A stretch of DNA of 64,000 nt from Nitrososphaerota archaeon (GTDB lineage: Archaea > Thermoproteota > EX4484-205 > JAAOZP01), in NCBI GenBank assembly GCA_011605725.1, contig JAAOZP010000004.1, forward strand, positions 185,739 to 249,738, given 5' to 3'. Positions 10,417 to 20,734 of this stretch are shown piece by piece. A program made the position numbers and the translations under genes. The notes below the pieces were generated by a model. That model was given only the letters and a program-made list of their open reading frames with translations, did not search any database and had not been told where the DNA came from. Numbering within the stretch: the stretch's first letter is position 1; the number at the start of each line of letters is the position of its first letter.

Positions 10417-10510
10417 CTACTCTTTATCAGGAAGATCTCAGCCATGATCTGTTTTAACTTGGCCCAGTGCTTCTCCAGTATTATTCTTTGCTCAACGCTT
10501 GCAACGAGTT
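10417..10510 (-). pseudogene. ppsA 3'-tail fragment C
   Basis: LVASVEQRIILEK-LGQVKTDHG*DLPDKE*; starts next to palindrome 10514. Confidence 0.82.
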
Positions 10511-10882
10511 ATGTAGCGCGCGCTTTCGAAGCTTATAAGGCCCTTATTAACTATGTTAGAGAGAGGCTGCTCCCTCTTCGCTTTTAACCTTCATAAACAG
10601 GCTTTTGACAGATAAAAAACGCTTAAAGCGCGCGCTCCTCCTCTTAAAAAACTGCTTCAAGAAATTCTGAAGCAATTAACAGGATAGAATTTAATTTTAG
10701 AATCTGTCGTTATTCAGTTACATTTTAAAATTTTAACTATGAATTATTAAAGCGCCGTTTTTAAGGCTTTCTTAGCGCGCGCACAGCAGGCTTTGCTCAC
10801 AATACCCATTTGACACCATAGTTTTCTCTAGGCTTTCGTAAAAAGCTTATAGACCTAAACATGTATACTAAACTGAAGCTGG

Positions 10883-12556
10883 ATGAACCATGAGTATTCC
10901 GTTCTTGTAGGTGGACAGGCAGGGGATGGAATAAGATTGGCAGGCTACGCTGTAGCAAAGCTTTTTAACAGACTTGGCTACTGGGTTTTTGCGTACAACG
11001 ATTATCAGTCGCTAATAAGGGGGGGTCACAACTTCTCCATAATAAGAGCAGCTGAAAAGAGGATAGAGGCGCATAAAGAAAGGGTCAACATAATTATAGC
11101 TATGAATCAGGACACTGTGGATAAGCATAATTGGAGGTTGGAGAATGAAAAACTGATTATTTTCGACTCAAACAACGTTAAGGCTGATGGGCTTGGTTTA
11201 CCTCTAACCGAGATTGTGAAAAACAGGGGCTTGCCCCTAATCGCTAGGAACTCTGTTTCACTTGGCGCTTTAGCATCAGTGTTAGGTTTAGAATTTTCTT
11301 TGATCGAAAACGTGATAAGGAGTTCTTTAAGGAGGAGCATAGATGAGAACATAGCTGTAGCCAGAGAAGGATACGAGGCCGCCAGTAATCATAAGGGCTA
11401 CTTCAGGATTCCTGTAGTTCACGGGTCTCAGCCAAAGCTGCTTCTTTCCGGAAACGAAGCTGTAGGGCTTGGTGCCGTCAGAGCCGGATTAAAACTATAC
11501 GTGGCTTACCCTATGACGCCATCAACTCCTCTTCTTCACTATTTAGCCAATAATTCTGACGAATTTGGACTACGAGCGATTCAACCAGAGAACGAAATCG
11601 CCGCCATAGGGATTGCTCAAGGTGCAGCATACGCCGGGATAAGATCAATGGTTGGAACCTCGGGCGGTGGCTTTTGCCTGATGGTAGAGCATTTAAGCCT
11701 AGCCGGCCAAGCCGAAATCCCCATTTTAATAATGATCGGTGAGAGGCCGGGACCGGCGATCGGGCTTCCCACCTATCACGCGCAGGGAGAGCTCTTGTTC
11801 TCGATATTCGCTGGACATGGAGAATTTCCAAGAATAGTTGCTTCCCCAGGCGATCCGGAAGAGGCATTCTACTTGTCTGCAGAAATGTTAAACTTAGCTT
11901 GGAAGTTTCAAGTTCCTGCAATACTGCTCGCAGATTACTGTCTTCTCGAAAGCACTTTCTCAACAATTATAGATGAAGAAAAAGTAATTATTGAAAATCC
12001 AAAAATGTGGACAGGAGAAGGCGAATACAAGCGTTACTTGCAAACAGGAAATGGTGTTTCGCCTCTGGCTTTCCCAGGAATGGAGAAAGCGATAGTAAAA
12101 TCAAACAGCTATGAGCATGACGAATTTGGCATAACGACAGAAGATCCAGAGTTAACTAAGCAGGGTGCTGAGAAAAGGATTAAAAAAAGCGTAGCAATAG
12201 AAAATGAGCTTAAGAAGAAAACGACTGTAAAAACATATGGGAACCCCATGAGTCAAATCGTTCTTATTACTTGGGGATCGACAAAAGGGGGTGTAGCTGA
12301 GATTGCAGAGAAGCATGGCCTTAGTGTTATTCAACCTTTGTATCTGAATCCTCTACCAGTCTGGGAAATTGAGAAATATCTCTCTAAAGCCGAGAAGACT
12401 ATTTGCATTGAAGCAAATTCAACTGGTCAATTAGCTAAATGGATGAAATACCATGGCTTTAGGATTGATGAAACCATTCTAAAATATGATGGAAGACCAT
12501 TCACTATAGACTACCTTGAGGAGAAAATTAAGAGGGTGATTAGCAATGAGCATTAA
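10883..12556 (+). CDS. korA: 2-oxoacid:ferredoxin oxidoreductase alpha subunit (gamma-alpha fusion)
   Basis: GGQAGDG, YQSLIRGGHN, AYPMTPST, TSGGGF, KYDGRPF. Confidence 0.93.
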   Translation: MNHEYSVLVGGQAGDGIRLAGYAVAKLFNRLGYWVFAYNDYQSLIRGGHNFSIIRAAEKRIEAHKERVNIIIAMNQDTVDKHNWRLENEKLIIFDSNNVKADGLGLPLTEIVKNRGLPLIARNSVSLGALASVLGLEFSLIENVIRSSLRRSIDENIAVAREGYEAASNHKGYFRIPVVHGSQPKLLLSGNEAVGLGAVRAGLKLYVAYPMTPSTPLLHYLANNSDEFGLRAIQPENEIAAIGIAQGAAYAGIRSMVGTSGGGFCLMVEHLSLAGQAEIPILIMIGERPGPAIGLPTYHAQGELLFSIFAGHGEFPRIVASPGDPEEAFYLSAEMLNLAWKFQVPAILLADYCLLESTFSTIIDEEKVIIENPKMWTGEGEYKRYLQTGNGVSPLAFPGMEKAIVKSNSYEHDEFGITTEDPELTKQGAEKRIKKSVAIENELKKKTTVKTYGNPMSQIVLITWGSTKGGVAEIAEKHGLSVIQPLYLNPLPVWEIEKYLSKAEKTICIEANSTGQLAKWMKYHGFRIDETILKYDGRPFTIDYLEEKIKRVISNEH

Positions 12557-13418
12557 GCTAGAGGATTTATCAACCTATGCTAAAAACACATGGTGCCCAG
12601 GATGCGGGAATTTTGGTATAGAAAGAGCAGCTAAGCAAGCTTTTATTGAACTCATAAACGAGGATAAAGTTAAAAGAGAAAAAATAGTAATGGTAACTGG
12701 TATAGGCTGCCATGGAAAAATCGCTGATTATATTAATGTAAATTCATTTTACTCTCTTCATGGAAGAGCTATTGCACCTGCAATTGGAATGAAGCTAGCA
12801 AACCCAACTCTGAATATTGTAGTATTCGTGGGAGACGGAGATGCCTTAGGGGAAGGATTGGAGCATACGGTATTTGCAGCTAAGAAAAATGTCGATATAA
12901 CCGTAATAGTTCACGATAACAGAGTATATGCATTAACAACAGGCCAGTTTACCCCCACATCTCCAAAAGGATTCCGAGGAGGTTCGACACCTAAAGGTTC
13001 TCCTGAAGAACCATTGAACCCTATCGAACTAATGCTGGTTAGCGGGGCAACTTTTATAGCTAGAGCCTATAGCGCAAACCTGAACCACACGAAGGAACTC
13101 TTTAAGCAAGCAATATTGCATAAAGGTTTTGCGTTTGTAGATGTACTCCAACCATGCTACACGTTCTTCGATACTTACAAGTATTATGGACCAAGGGTTT
13201 ATGATCTTCAACAGGATGGTCATAATCCTTTAGATTGGGAGGCGGCGCTAGCAAGGGCAAAAGAATGGAATTATGGTGGGGAGGAGGCAAAGAGGATACC
13301 TATTGGGCTCTTCTTTAAAGCCGATAAAACTACATATGAGGATGCTGTGCTCTCCGGAAAGGACTTGTATGATAAGAGTACACCTAGGATCAATATGGTC
13401 CTCCGGAGTCATGTGTAA
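12546..13418 (+). CDS. korB: 2-oxoacid:ferredoxin oxidoreductase beta subunit
   Basis: WCPGCGN, GIGC, LHGRA, GDGD, DNRVYALTTGQ. Confidence 0.93.
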   Translation: MSIKLEDLSTYAKNTWCPGCGNFGIERAAKQAFIELINEDKVKREKIVMVTGIGCHGKIADYINVNSFYSLHGRAIAPAIGMKLANPTLNIVVFVGDGDALGEGLEHTVFAAKKNVDITVIVHDNRVYALTTGQFTPTSPKGFRGGSTPKGSPEEPLNPIELMLVSGATFIARAYSANLNHTKELFKQAILHKGFAFVDVLQPCYTFFDTYKYYGPRVYDLQQDGHNPLDWEAALARAKEWNYGGEEAKRIPIGLFFKADKTTYEDAVLSGKDLYDKSTPRINMVLRSHV

Positions 13419-13956
13419 ACAAGCCGCTACCAAGTTGCATGAATCTCGGAACATATTGATGAACTGGCTGAGAAAAAGAGCCTTCACTCCGGGTAAGCTT
13501 ATTATGAGGGTAGAGAACAAGAAATAGACTAAAGCTAAATATAAAGGAGGCCGCATTAATTGATATGATGGAACACGTGGAGAAGCCTAAAGAGGCGATT
13601 AGAATACGTGTGCTAGTTTTAGTAACTGTGATATAAAGTATACTTTTTGACTTAGCACGTGGTAGTATAACTCTGAATTTCAGTGGCGGCTTAGTTCGTG
13701 CAATTTTCATCATGTCTCTAGGCACCGTGTAGAATAAATTGGCAATTTTAGCCCCCTTGACTGTAGTTAGCAGCCTGACTTTATTGTTTATCGACATATG
13801 TACGGATGGCGTCGGCATGGTCCGGTTCAGCGTGATTCACACCACGCGCGCGCTAGTCCATTCCACTTCTTTTCTTTAGAAAGAAGTCTTCAGTTTGCAA
13901 GAAAAATTCGAAAAAACCTTATATTATACGCTATGCTCCCCCTATTTTTCCTCGGG

Positions 13957-15081
13957 ATGAAAAGAATTCTCATAATCGGTGGAGGCTACTCTGGTACAGA
14001 GATAATAAGGCAGCTTGTCCTAAGAGGGGTTAGAGGCATTGAGGTGGAACTCATATCTGTCGGGCGTTATTTTGAGAACACGATAGCTGGCACAGAAGTT
14101 ATAAGCGAAAAACTGAGAGCAGAAGACCTCAGGTATGACTTACAGCTGCTCTCAGACTACTGGGGTTTCAGCCTAACAGCCGGCAGGGTCACTAAGATTA
14201 ACCTAGACGAGAAGGTCGTTAAGCTAGAGAACGGTGAGAGAGAGTACGATGTTCTTGTAGTTGCTTCAGGTTCAGTTCCAAACTTTTACGACGTGAAGGG
14301 TTTCGACCTAGCGCTCCCTAGCTACCGTCTCTCCGATTTTGAGCAAATAAACAGAAGTTTAAAAAGATTAAACAATGATCGTCCGAGAGTTATAATAGTT
14401 GGAGCCGGGTATGTGGGTTTGGAAGTAGCCGCGGAGATAATGGACTTCTTCAAATCATCAGGAAGGAAGGCGGAGGTCATTGTTGTCGAGAAGACGGGCC
14501 ACGTCCTTCCTGGTTTCAACAATGAGGCTGCTAGAAGAATGACTCTTGAAGCCATGAGCTCAAGGGGCATAGGCTTCAACTTCGGGAAGGGGGTTAAGCG
14601 CATAGCTGAGGGGAAAGTGGTGCTGGAGGACGGCAGTGAGCTTCAATCCGACTTGACGATCTGGTCAGGGGGTGTAAAGGGTTCTGAGCTCGCGTTGAAC
14701 ACTATTGGGGCCAGCCTGCATAATAGTTACATCCATGTTGATGAAAAGCTATTGATCAAGGGACGGCTGGACGCCTTCGCGATCGGTGACGCGGCTTACG
14801 TAGAGACCGGTGGAAGCGTGGCCCAGAAGATGGCTGGCGAGGCCCTCGAGCAGGCCGTGACGACTGCTAGGAACATAATTTCTATAATAGGCGGCCAGAA
14901 ACCCAGCGTCGAGCATAAGATAAACTACTCTGTCAACTTCCCTAAGGTATTGCTCTCCCTTGGCGAGGGCAAAGCGCTACTGATCTTCGGCCCGCATTAT
15001 GCAAGCCTTGGAAGCACTGAGTATTTCTTGAAGAGAAGAATCGACGTTGAGGAAATGATGGGAAGGTTCCCACGTGCATGA
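13957..15081 (+). CDS. FAD-dependent pyridine nucleotide oxidoreductase (NDH-2-like)
   Basis: GGGYSG and VGAGYVGLEVAAE Rossmann motifs, FAIGD; start re-placed at MKRILII. Confidence 0.88.
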   Translation: MKRILIIGGGYSGTEIIRQLVLRGVRGIEVELISVGRYFENTIAGTEVISEKLRAEDLRYDLQLLSDYWGFSLTAGRVTKINLDEKVVKLENGEREYDVLVVASGSVPNFYDVKGFDLALPSYRLSDFEQINRSLKRLNNDRPRVIIVGAGYVGLEVAAEIMDFFKSSGRKAEVIVVEKTGHVLPGFNNEAARRMTLEAMSSRGIGFNFGKGVKRIAEGKVVLEDGSELQSDLTIWSGGVKGSELALNTIGASLHNSYIHVDEKLLIKGRLDAFAIGDAAYVETGGSVAQKMAGEALEQAVTTARNIISIIGGQKPSVEHKINYSVNFPKVLLSLGEGKALLIFGPHYASLGSTEYFLKRRIDVEEMMGRFPRA

Positions 15082-15410
15082 TTTTGCCATAGTCAAAAAA
15101 ATGGTAGGATGAAGTTTCAATTCGACAAACTATGGCACCCTATTGTTGAAACCCCTCAGTAATTGCCGATTAGTACGTAGCGCGCGCTAAGCAAGGTTCC
15201 GAGAATGAGGTAATGAGTCAGTAGGCCGAAGGATTCGAACCCTACTAATTAGAAGCAGTCTTTTTTATCAAAATCCCTTTCGTTGATCAAAGATTGGGTT
15301 GTCATCTTTGTTTGAACTCTCAATATGGATTACAACTAGGCTTAATATGTAGCGTGCGCTAGTGGAGAAAATATATAAGAAACCTAAAGGAATTACAATA
15401 TTGACCGAAT

Positions 15411-15911
15411 GTGTTTGATAGGACGCAGTATGTTGTAGAGAAAAAGTTGTTAACAGTGTTAACGTTAGGGGAGACCTATGACATCAAGGATGTGAACGGG
15501 AACCTGTTGGGCTACATTAAAAGGAACTCAAAATTTTGGTTTGAGGGAATGGACGGATCCCGCCAAGGTGAAATCCGGGATGTGGGTGGTGCATACGAGG
15601 TTTACGATGCTCGAAATCAGCTTCGAGCTACTGTAGTATGGGCTGGGGGACTGGGGCTCCGAAGTAGTAAGTGGCAGATGAAAGATCCTCAGGGCCAGCA
15701 ATTGGCCATAGCCGAGGGTGACTTTTTGGGACGTAATTATCGCATCCTAGCGCCAGACGGAAGCGCCATAGCCCAGATACACAAGAAATGGGCATCCACG
15801 AGCTGGCAATCCTATCGCATCGATATTTCACGCCAAGGTTTCGATCCCTTCTTGATCTTGAGTTACGTTGTAGTCGATATTTCACAACAAGTGACGGTGT
15901 ACTACCCCTGA
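15411..15911 (+). CDS. LURP-one/scramblase (Tubby C-like) protein
   Basis: KKLLT..ETYDIKD.NGNLLGY...IAQIHKKW...SYRIDI. Confidence 0.75.
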   Translation: MFDRTQYVVEKKLLTVLTLGETYDIKDVNGNLLGYIKRNSKFWFEGMDGSRQGEIRDVGGAYEVYDARNQLRATVVWAGGLGLRSSKWQMKDPQGQQLAIAEGDFLGRNYRILAPDGSAIAQIHKKWASTSWQSYRIDISRQGFDPFLILSYVVVDISQQVTVYYP

Positions 15912-16114
15912 CCGATTTAGCTACAAGCAGAGGAAAACCTCTTTGAATGTCAGGGAACCAGATGCCTCCAGCTCGCACCTGACCGTTGCAGAGAGCTTGG
16001 ACTTTAACGACGCCATGATTCCTTCTGTTATAGCGCGCGCCTAACGTCAAAGGTACGCGAGTCCAACTAGAGCGTGCGTATGGAGATATTAAAAGCCAAA
16101 AAGATGATTCAAAA

Positions 16115-16222
16115 CTATTCCTTGTCATGGTCAACCTTGACTTGGCCGAGAGCCTTCTCAAGCATTATGCGTTGCTCAATAGATGCAACAAGCTTACGTG
16201 TAAACACCGCAGCGTCAGGATT
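16115..16222 (-). pseudogene. ppsA 3'-tail fragment D
   Basis: [35 protein letters not shown]. Confidence 0.88.
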
Positions 16223-16245
16223 TAAGCGAGAGAACGCGACTGTTG

Positions 16246-16467
16246 TTAATTTAAAAGCTTTATGAATTCTTCTTTCGTGATTCCGACTTGAGCCATTATT
16301 TTTAATAACGTGGTTGGAGCTATGGTTTCGTGCCGTGGTACTACTGTGAACCGGTGTTCCGGCCCCTCTAGGATCAGGTGGCTTCCTCTCTGCCTAACCA
16401 CTTTAAACCCTTTCTTGCTTAATGCCTTAACTACGTCTCTCCAAGAGAGAATTGGAAGCTTACTCAA
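16246..16467 (-). CDS. hicA: HicA toxin
   Basis: KALSKKGF...RQRGSHLIL...VVPRH...TLLKIMAQ. Confidence 0.88.
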   Translation of the reverse strand: MSKLPILSWRDVVKALSKKGFKVVRQRGSHLILEGPEHRFTVVPRHETIAPTTLLKIMAQVGITKEEFIKLLN

Positions 16468-16690
16468 TTGCTACCTCTACCGTCTTTTTCCCCTTCGCCA
16501 CTCTTTCCTCCAAATGCTCCAAAGCCAGTTCGATAGCCTCTTTCACGTTTCTTATAGCCTCCTCCTCAGTTGCACCCTGCGATATCGCCTGAGGAATCTC
16601 GAGGCACTGAGCCACGTACAGGCCCGTTTCCTCATCCTTCTCCAGGGCGACGGTAAAGGTCTTCATGCGAGGAAAAAGGCTGAAAGGCAT
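16460..16690 (-). CDS. hicB: HicB antitoxin
   Basis: YVAQC..IP.AISQGATEEEAIRNVKEAIEL. Confidence 0.88.
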   Translation of the reverse strand: MPFSLFPRMKTFTVALEKDEETGLYVAQCLEIPQAISQGATEEEAIRNVKEAIELALEHLEERVAKGKKTVEVAIE

Positions 16691-16845
16691 TATTAAGCTT
16701 TATGATACGTTGCTACTTCAAATACTGCGTCGGAACACTTTACGATGCTTATGCCATGCGCATCGGTGGACCAAGCGAGACCGTAGGTCACATGGCGGTT
16801 GCACGCGCTCGCTACAATCATTCACCGAGACTAATTATATAAGCG

Positions 16846-16878
16846 TCAAGGGTCGGGTAGGTCCCTGCCGGGGTCTGT
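16846..16878 (-). pseudogene. ppsA 3'-tail fragment E (very short)
   Basis: TDPGRDLPDP* versus [10 protein letters not shown]; abuts palindrome 16878. Confidence 0.55.
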
Positions 16879-17119
16879 AGCGCACGCTAACAGCCTACCC
16901 GGATAGAAGTGAAGCATTAGAACTCATAATAATCTGTAGCGCGCGCTATCTCTGCCAAGGAGTATAGCAAGCTGTACAGAAAAATTTAGAAAGCGAATTC
17001 TCGTGAGAGCACGCGCTATTTTAAAAAGTCGGTTAATTCAGGAAAAATATACCACCGGCATTATTCTGAAACTGCTTAATTCAAACTGTTTTATTTTTAT
17101 CTTATCTCCAGCACGCTAC

Positions 17120-17533
17120 CTACCTGCTTATCATCACTACTTCATTCTTCAAGTCGGTGAAATGCTTGTCTCCCGTAACTACCTTAGCATTTGCTCTTCG
17201 TGCTGTTGCCAATATTATCGAATCAGCTAAACCCCAATTGCTCACTTTGTTCTTTCTCTCGACATCTATCTCGCCTGAGAGCTCCGCAATATCGCGCGAC
17301 AGGTCTATGATCTCCGTAATGGTTCCAATGAACTCTAGCTTTGCCCTCCTGCCTTCAACCGTTTCCACTCCCCTTTCAATTTCCTTAAGCAGTTTTCTGC
17401 TCAGCTCTGCGATTACTACTGACGGGGTTGCTGAATCCTCCTCCTCGATATAGTGCTTCGCCGCCTCCCCTGGCTTCGAGCCTCTGAAGTACTCTATCCA
17501 AGCATATGCGTCAATCACATACTCATAGCTCAT
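17120..17533 (-). CDS. vapC: VapC/PIN toxin
   Basis: VIDAYAWIEY, VIAEL, WGLADSIILATA, VTGDKHF. Confidence 0.9.
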   Translation of the reverse strand: MSYEYVIDAYAWIEYFRGSKPGEAAKHYIEEEDSATPSVVIAELSRKLLKEIERGVETVEGRRAKLEFIGTITEIIDLSRDIAELSGEIDVERKNKVSNWGLADSIILATARRANAKVVTGDKHFTDLKNEVVMISR

Positions 17534-17723
17534 GAAATTCTGCTTCCTCCTCTTCCTTAAACCGGGAAAGCTTAGGGTTCGAACCAAACATAGAAGCAGG
17601 GATTTCCATCTTTTCAGCTAAGAGCTTTTGCAGGACTTCATCGTAGCTTTTCGCAAACAGCTTCTTCTTTAAAGCATCTAGGAGTTGCCTGGTTCTTCTA
17701 CTGACTTGAATAGTAGTAGTCAT
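17523..17723 (-). CDS. VapB-type antitoxin
   Basis: TTIQVS...SYDEVL; overlaps vapC. Confidence 0.8.
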   Translation of the reverse strand: MTTTIQVSRRTRQLLDALKKKLFAKSYDEVLQKLLAEKMEIPASMFGSNPKLSRFKEEEEAEFHEL

Positions 17724-17730
17724 AATTATA

Positions 17731-17744
17731 GTTATAGCTATAAC
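17731..17744. promoter_or_regulatory. Palindrome GTTATAGCTATAAC, probable TA autoregulation operator
   Basis: Perfect 14-bp palindrome 8 bp upstream of the antitoxin start, next to a TATA-like element. Confidence 0.5.
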
Positions 17745-18145
17745 CCATACTTATATTTTTCTCTCCTGGGACTGGTGCAGAACCTGTCAAAAGCACCACA
17801 AACCATCTATGTATGGTTTAGCTCAGCCTTTCTTCTATAACAAGGCAGGGATTTGACACGAGTTTGTTTTCCGATCATTATCCGCTTAAACGAAGGCGTT
17901 TGATTGGAAGTAGGCTGAGCGTCTAAAAAGCAGCCCCCAAGATTCCGACTACTATTGCGACTACACCGATTAGTGCTGAAACCCTCTTAGTCATTGACAA
18001 GCCTCGTTAAATCCTTCCCTATAAGGGGGTACGCTGGGTAAAATAGCGCGCGCTATACTATCTTGGGAAGCCCCACCCTTTAACGAACCTTTTTATTAGC
18101 TTAGGAGTTATGTTTTTAAGTCTCTGAAGAAATCAGTAATGCGAG

Positions 18146-18336
18146 ATGGGGAGAGCGACTCTGGAGCAGGTTTACCGTGAGATCCGGCTTCTTAGGGGGA
18201 TTTGAACCGTTTGGAGAAGATGCTTATCCCCGAGGCAGAGCCTGAGGAAGATGAGGTAAGGGCAGTAAGAAGGGGCAGGAAAGAATTCCGGGAAAAGCGA
18301 TGTGTCGAATGGAGCAAAATCAGGAAAAAGATTTAA
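18146..18336 (+). pseudogene. Antitoxin (RelE pair), frameshifted in a G run
   Basis: MGRATLEQVYREIRLL.../LEKMLIPEAEPEEDE...; similar to 9350 and 9964. Confidence 0.65.
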
Positions 18337-18337
18337 C

Positions 18338-18600
18338 TTGGCTTTTAAAATCGTCTTAACGCATCAAGCACTCAAAAGCTTCGAAAAGCTCCCCCTAAAG
18401 GTAAAAAACGCGTTTCAGAGGCCTTAGACGCTCTGGTTCAAACACCGGTTCCGTTCAGAAGCTTCGACGTTAACAAACTTAAAGGCTTTAGAAACACCTA
18501 TAGAATAAGGATAGGCGACTGGAGAATAATCTATGAATATGATTCGAAAGCAAGAGTAATAATCGTCCATGACATACTGACAAGGAAGAAAGCATACTGA
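18338..18600 (+). pseudogene. RelE toxin, frameshifted in an A run
   Basis: DVNKLKGFRNTYRIRIGDWRIIY...RKKAY*; not in the ORF track. Confidence 0.8.
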
Positions 18601-18842
18601 TTTTCAATATTTCAAGCAGTGGATTCTTCAGTCTACCCTGAGTAAGAGTATCTCTTGGCTATGACCTGCTTTCCTTTCCATATCTTTAGCTGTATGACAT
18701 GTTCAGGTGTTACAAAGAATCAGCCCTTGGCTAATTATTGCTAGGCTAAGTACAGGTAAGTCAGACAATTCCTATGAGAAAAGAATTTAAAGGCTAGGAC
18801 CCTATTTAGGGTAACGAGCTGCTATGTCGATTCCGCGCGCTA

Positions 18843-18943
18843 AAATATACGAAGTAAAAGCAAGAAGCGTAATGCATAAAACCAAAATTCTTGGTGCGGA
18901 TTGGGGTATAAACTATTATCGTGGTTGTACCCATGGGTGCATT
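18843..18943 (+). pseudogene. Radical SAM (SplB/photolyase-like) N-terminal fragment between two palindromes
   Basis: KIYEVKARSVMHKTKILGADWGINYYRGCTHGCI, cut inside the CxxxCxxC motif. Confidence 0.75.
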
Positions 18944-19040
18944 TAGCGCGCGCGCTATCCTTCAGCAGGCGAAGGGCAATTTCACTTAACGTCCTGCGTA
19001 TAAAAGAAGTTGCCGAAGGCAATTTGGGCGAAGCGCGCGT

Positions 19041-19192
19041 TACCTAGTCAAGGGCTTTCTCAAGCATAATCCTTTGCTCAATAGATGCAATCAGCTTACG
19101 TGTAAACACTGCAACATCAGGATTGATTGAGACTGAGTCGATGCTGTATCTAACTAGGAACTCGTTAAACTCCCGATGGATATTTGGGGGCT
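19041..19192 (-). pseudogene. ppsA 3'-tail fragment F
   Basis: [43 protein letters not shown]; ends at palindrome 19031. Confidence 0.88.
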
Positions 19193-19424
19193 ACTTAAAC
19201 AGCTCTAGGAAGTCCTCCTTAAGCAATTCTGATTTTGAATTCATAGCTGCTTCTACCCTCCAGCGCCCTTACTATCTTCGGGATAAGCATCTTCCACCTC
19301 TCGCCATTCATTGTGAAACGGGAAACTTAGCTCGGAAGAGGCGCAGAGCGGGCTCTATGAAATGGGTGAAGAATCAAGGTGCGAAGAGCCGATAAAGTTT
19401 ATATAGTAAGAAAAAGGTTACACA

Positions 19425-19640
19425 TTGAAGATGGAGTTTACAGTAATCATAGAGAGGGATGAAGACGGTTATTATGTGGCAGAGGTCCCTGATCTAAAAG
19501 GTTGCTACACTCAGGGAAAGACATTGGAAGAAGTTATGAGGAACATTAGAGAAGTTATAGAACTTTGTTTAGAAGCTGAAAAAGGAAAAGAGTTTCCAAA
19601 GAAAGAACTAATAGGAGTTCAAAAGATAGAGATCGAGTAA
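19425..19640 (+). CDS. hicB: HicB antitoxin
   Basis: IERDEDGYYVAEVPDLKGCYTQGKTLEE. Confidence 0.9.
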   Translation: MKMEFTVIIERDEDGYYVAEVPDLKGCYTQGKTLEEVMRNIREVIELCLEAEKGKEFPKKELIGVQKIEIE

Positions 19641-19672
19641 AATACTGTCTTCATCAAGCGGGGGAATCTTTT

Positions 19673-19912
19673 ATGAGGCTTGTTCCGGTTTCCGGCGAAG
19701 AATTAGTGAAAATCCTCTATAAGAAAGGTTTCATAATAAAAAGGAGGAAGGGAAGCCATGTTCAACTGGAGGATGCTGAAGGAAGAAGAGTAACAGTGCC
19801 AATACACCCGGGAAGAGTTATTGGAAGAGGGCTGTTGAGAAAAATATTGAGAGACGCAGAGATATCTATAGAAGAATATGAAAGGCTTAGACAAGGAAAT
19901 ACTGTGACTTAA
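19673..19912 (+). CDS. hicA: HicA toxin
   Basis: RRKGSHVQL...VTVPIH...GLLRKILRDA. Confidence 0.9.
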   Translation: MRLVPVSGEELVKILYKKGFIIKRRKGSHVQLEDAEGRRVTVPIHPGRVIGRGLLRKILRDAEISIEEYERLRQGNTVT

Positions 19913-19968
19913 GGAGTAGAAGAGCTTATTCGATCTTCCGAGGTAGCCTAACCTTTATAGCGCGCGCT

Positions 19969-20091
19969 TCTATACGGGTATTCTCTATGTCTGAGTATGA
20001 TGTGGCTACCAGTCTGATGGTCCACTTCATAGCCGATCTTGGACAGGGCCTTTACAACTTCTAGGCCGGAAACAACGGGAAGCTTAGACAT
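19969..20091 (-). pseudogene. HicA toxin 5' half, truncated at palindrome 19958
   Basis: MSKLPVVSGLEVVKALSKIGY...QTGSHIILRH...PYR, then the motif. Confidence 0.85.
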
Positions 20092-20317
20092 GAATCTCCA
20101 CAAGCTCTTCCTCTATCGATGGAGGTATCGGCTCACCGTGTTTCTTCAGGCTTTCCAAGTAGCCTCGAATAGCATCCTTTATGTTTTCAATGGCTTCTTC
20201 CCTAGTCTTCCCCTGAGAAATACAGCCAGGCAACTCGGGAACCTGGGCCACGTAGAAACCATCTTCATCCCGCTCCAGCAGTACTCTAAACTTCATGGAA
20301 TAAGGTCTAGGGAACAA
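20084..20317 (-). CDS. hicB: HicB antitoxin
   Basis: YVAQVPELPGCISQGKTREEAIENIKDAI. Confidence 0.9.
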   Translation of the reverse strand: MFPRPYSMKFRVLLERDEDGFYVAQVPELPGCISQGKTREEAIENIKDAIRGYLESLKKHGEPIPPSIEEELVEIHV

Positions 20318-20485
20318 AATATTTAAGCATTACCAAAAAGACCTCCGGCGCGTGCTGGAGGATGCAGTACCCGATGACAGTAGGCCGGAAAACTAAGAGT
20401 AATAAAATTTGGTAATCTCAATGCTAAAAAAGCATTTGACGGGGTAAAACTTATATTTTTGGGTTAAAAATTGAAAAATGGGTAA

Positions 20486-20734
20486 ATGGCAATAGTAAGG
20501 GTTGATGAAAGGGGGCGGATGACTATCCCGAGGGAAATGGGTATTAGAGATACAAGAGCAGTAGTGATACCTGCAGGAAACTTCTTCATCACAATACCGC
20601 TTCCAAAAGCACCTCGGGAAGAGGCTGAAGGATGGATGGCTACTGTAAAGGACAGGAGGCAGTTGAAGAAGCTGGCTGAGAGCGCTGCCAAGAGAGATGC
20701 TGTAAAACGTGTAAAAAGGAGGGGGCAACTTTGA
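20486..20734 (+). CDS. AbrB/MazE-type antitoxin
   Basis: VRVDERGRMTIPREM. Confidence 0.85.
   Translation: MAIVRVDERGRMTIPREMGIRDTRAVVIPAGNFFITIPLPKAPREEAEGWMATVKDRRQLKKLAESAAKRDAVKRVKRRGQL

Noticed and set aside
13390-13818. 142-aa minus-strand ORF and possible MarC-like remnant on plus
   Set aside because: No convincing motif on either strand; treated as degraded sequence.
13798-13956. N-terminal extension of the NDH-2-like ORF as given in the track
   Set aside because: It runs through a palindrome junction and a promoter-like AT tract; the Rossmann motif begins at 13957.
16740-16754. 15-mer shared in inverted orientation with 51913-51927 (GCATAAGCATCGTAA)
   Set aside because: A few 15-mer matches are expected by chance in 64 kb, and the match does not extend.
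16878-19042. Canonical CRISPR array
   Set aside because: The repeat is only 12 bp, spacing is irregular (tens of bp to kb), and no cas genes or leader are visible.
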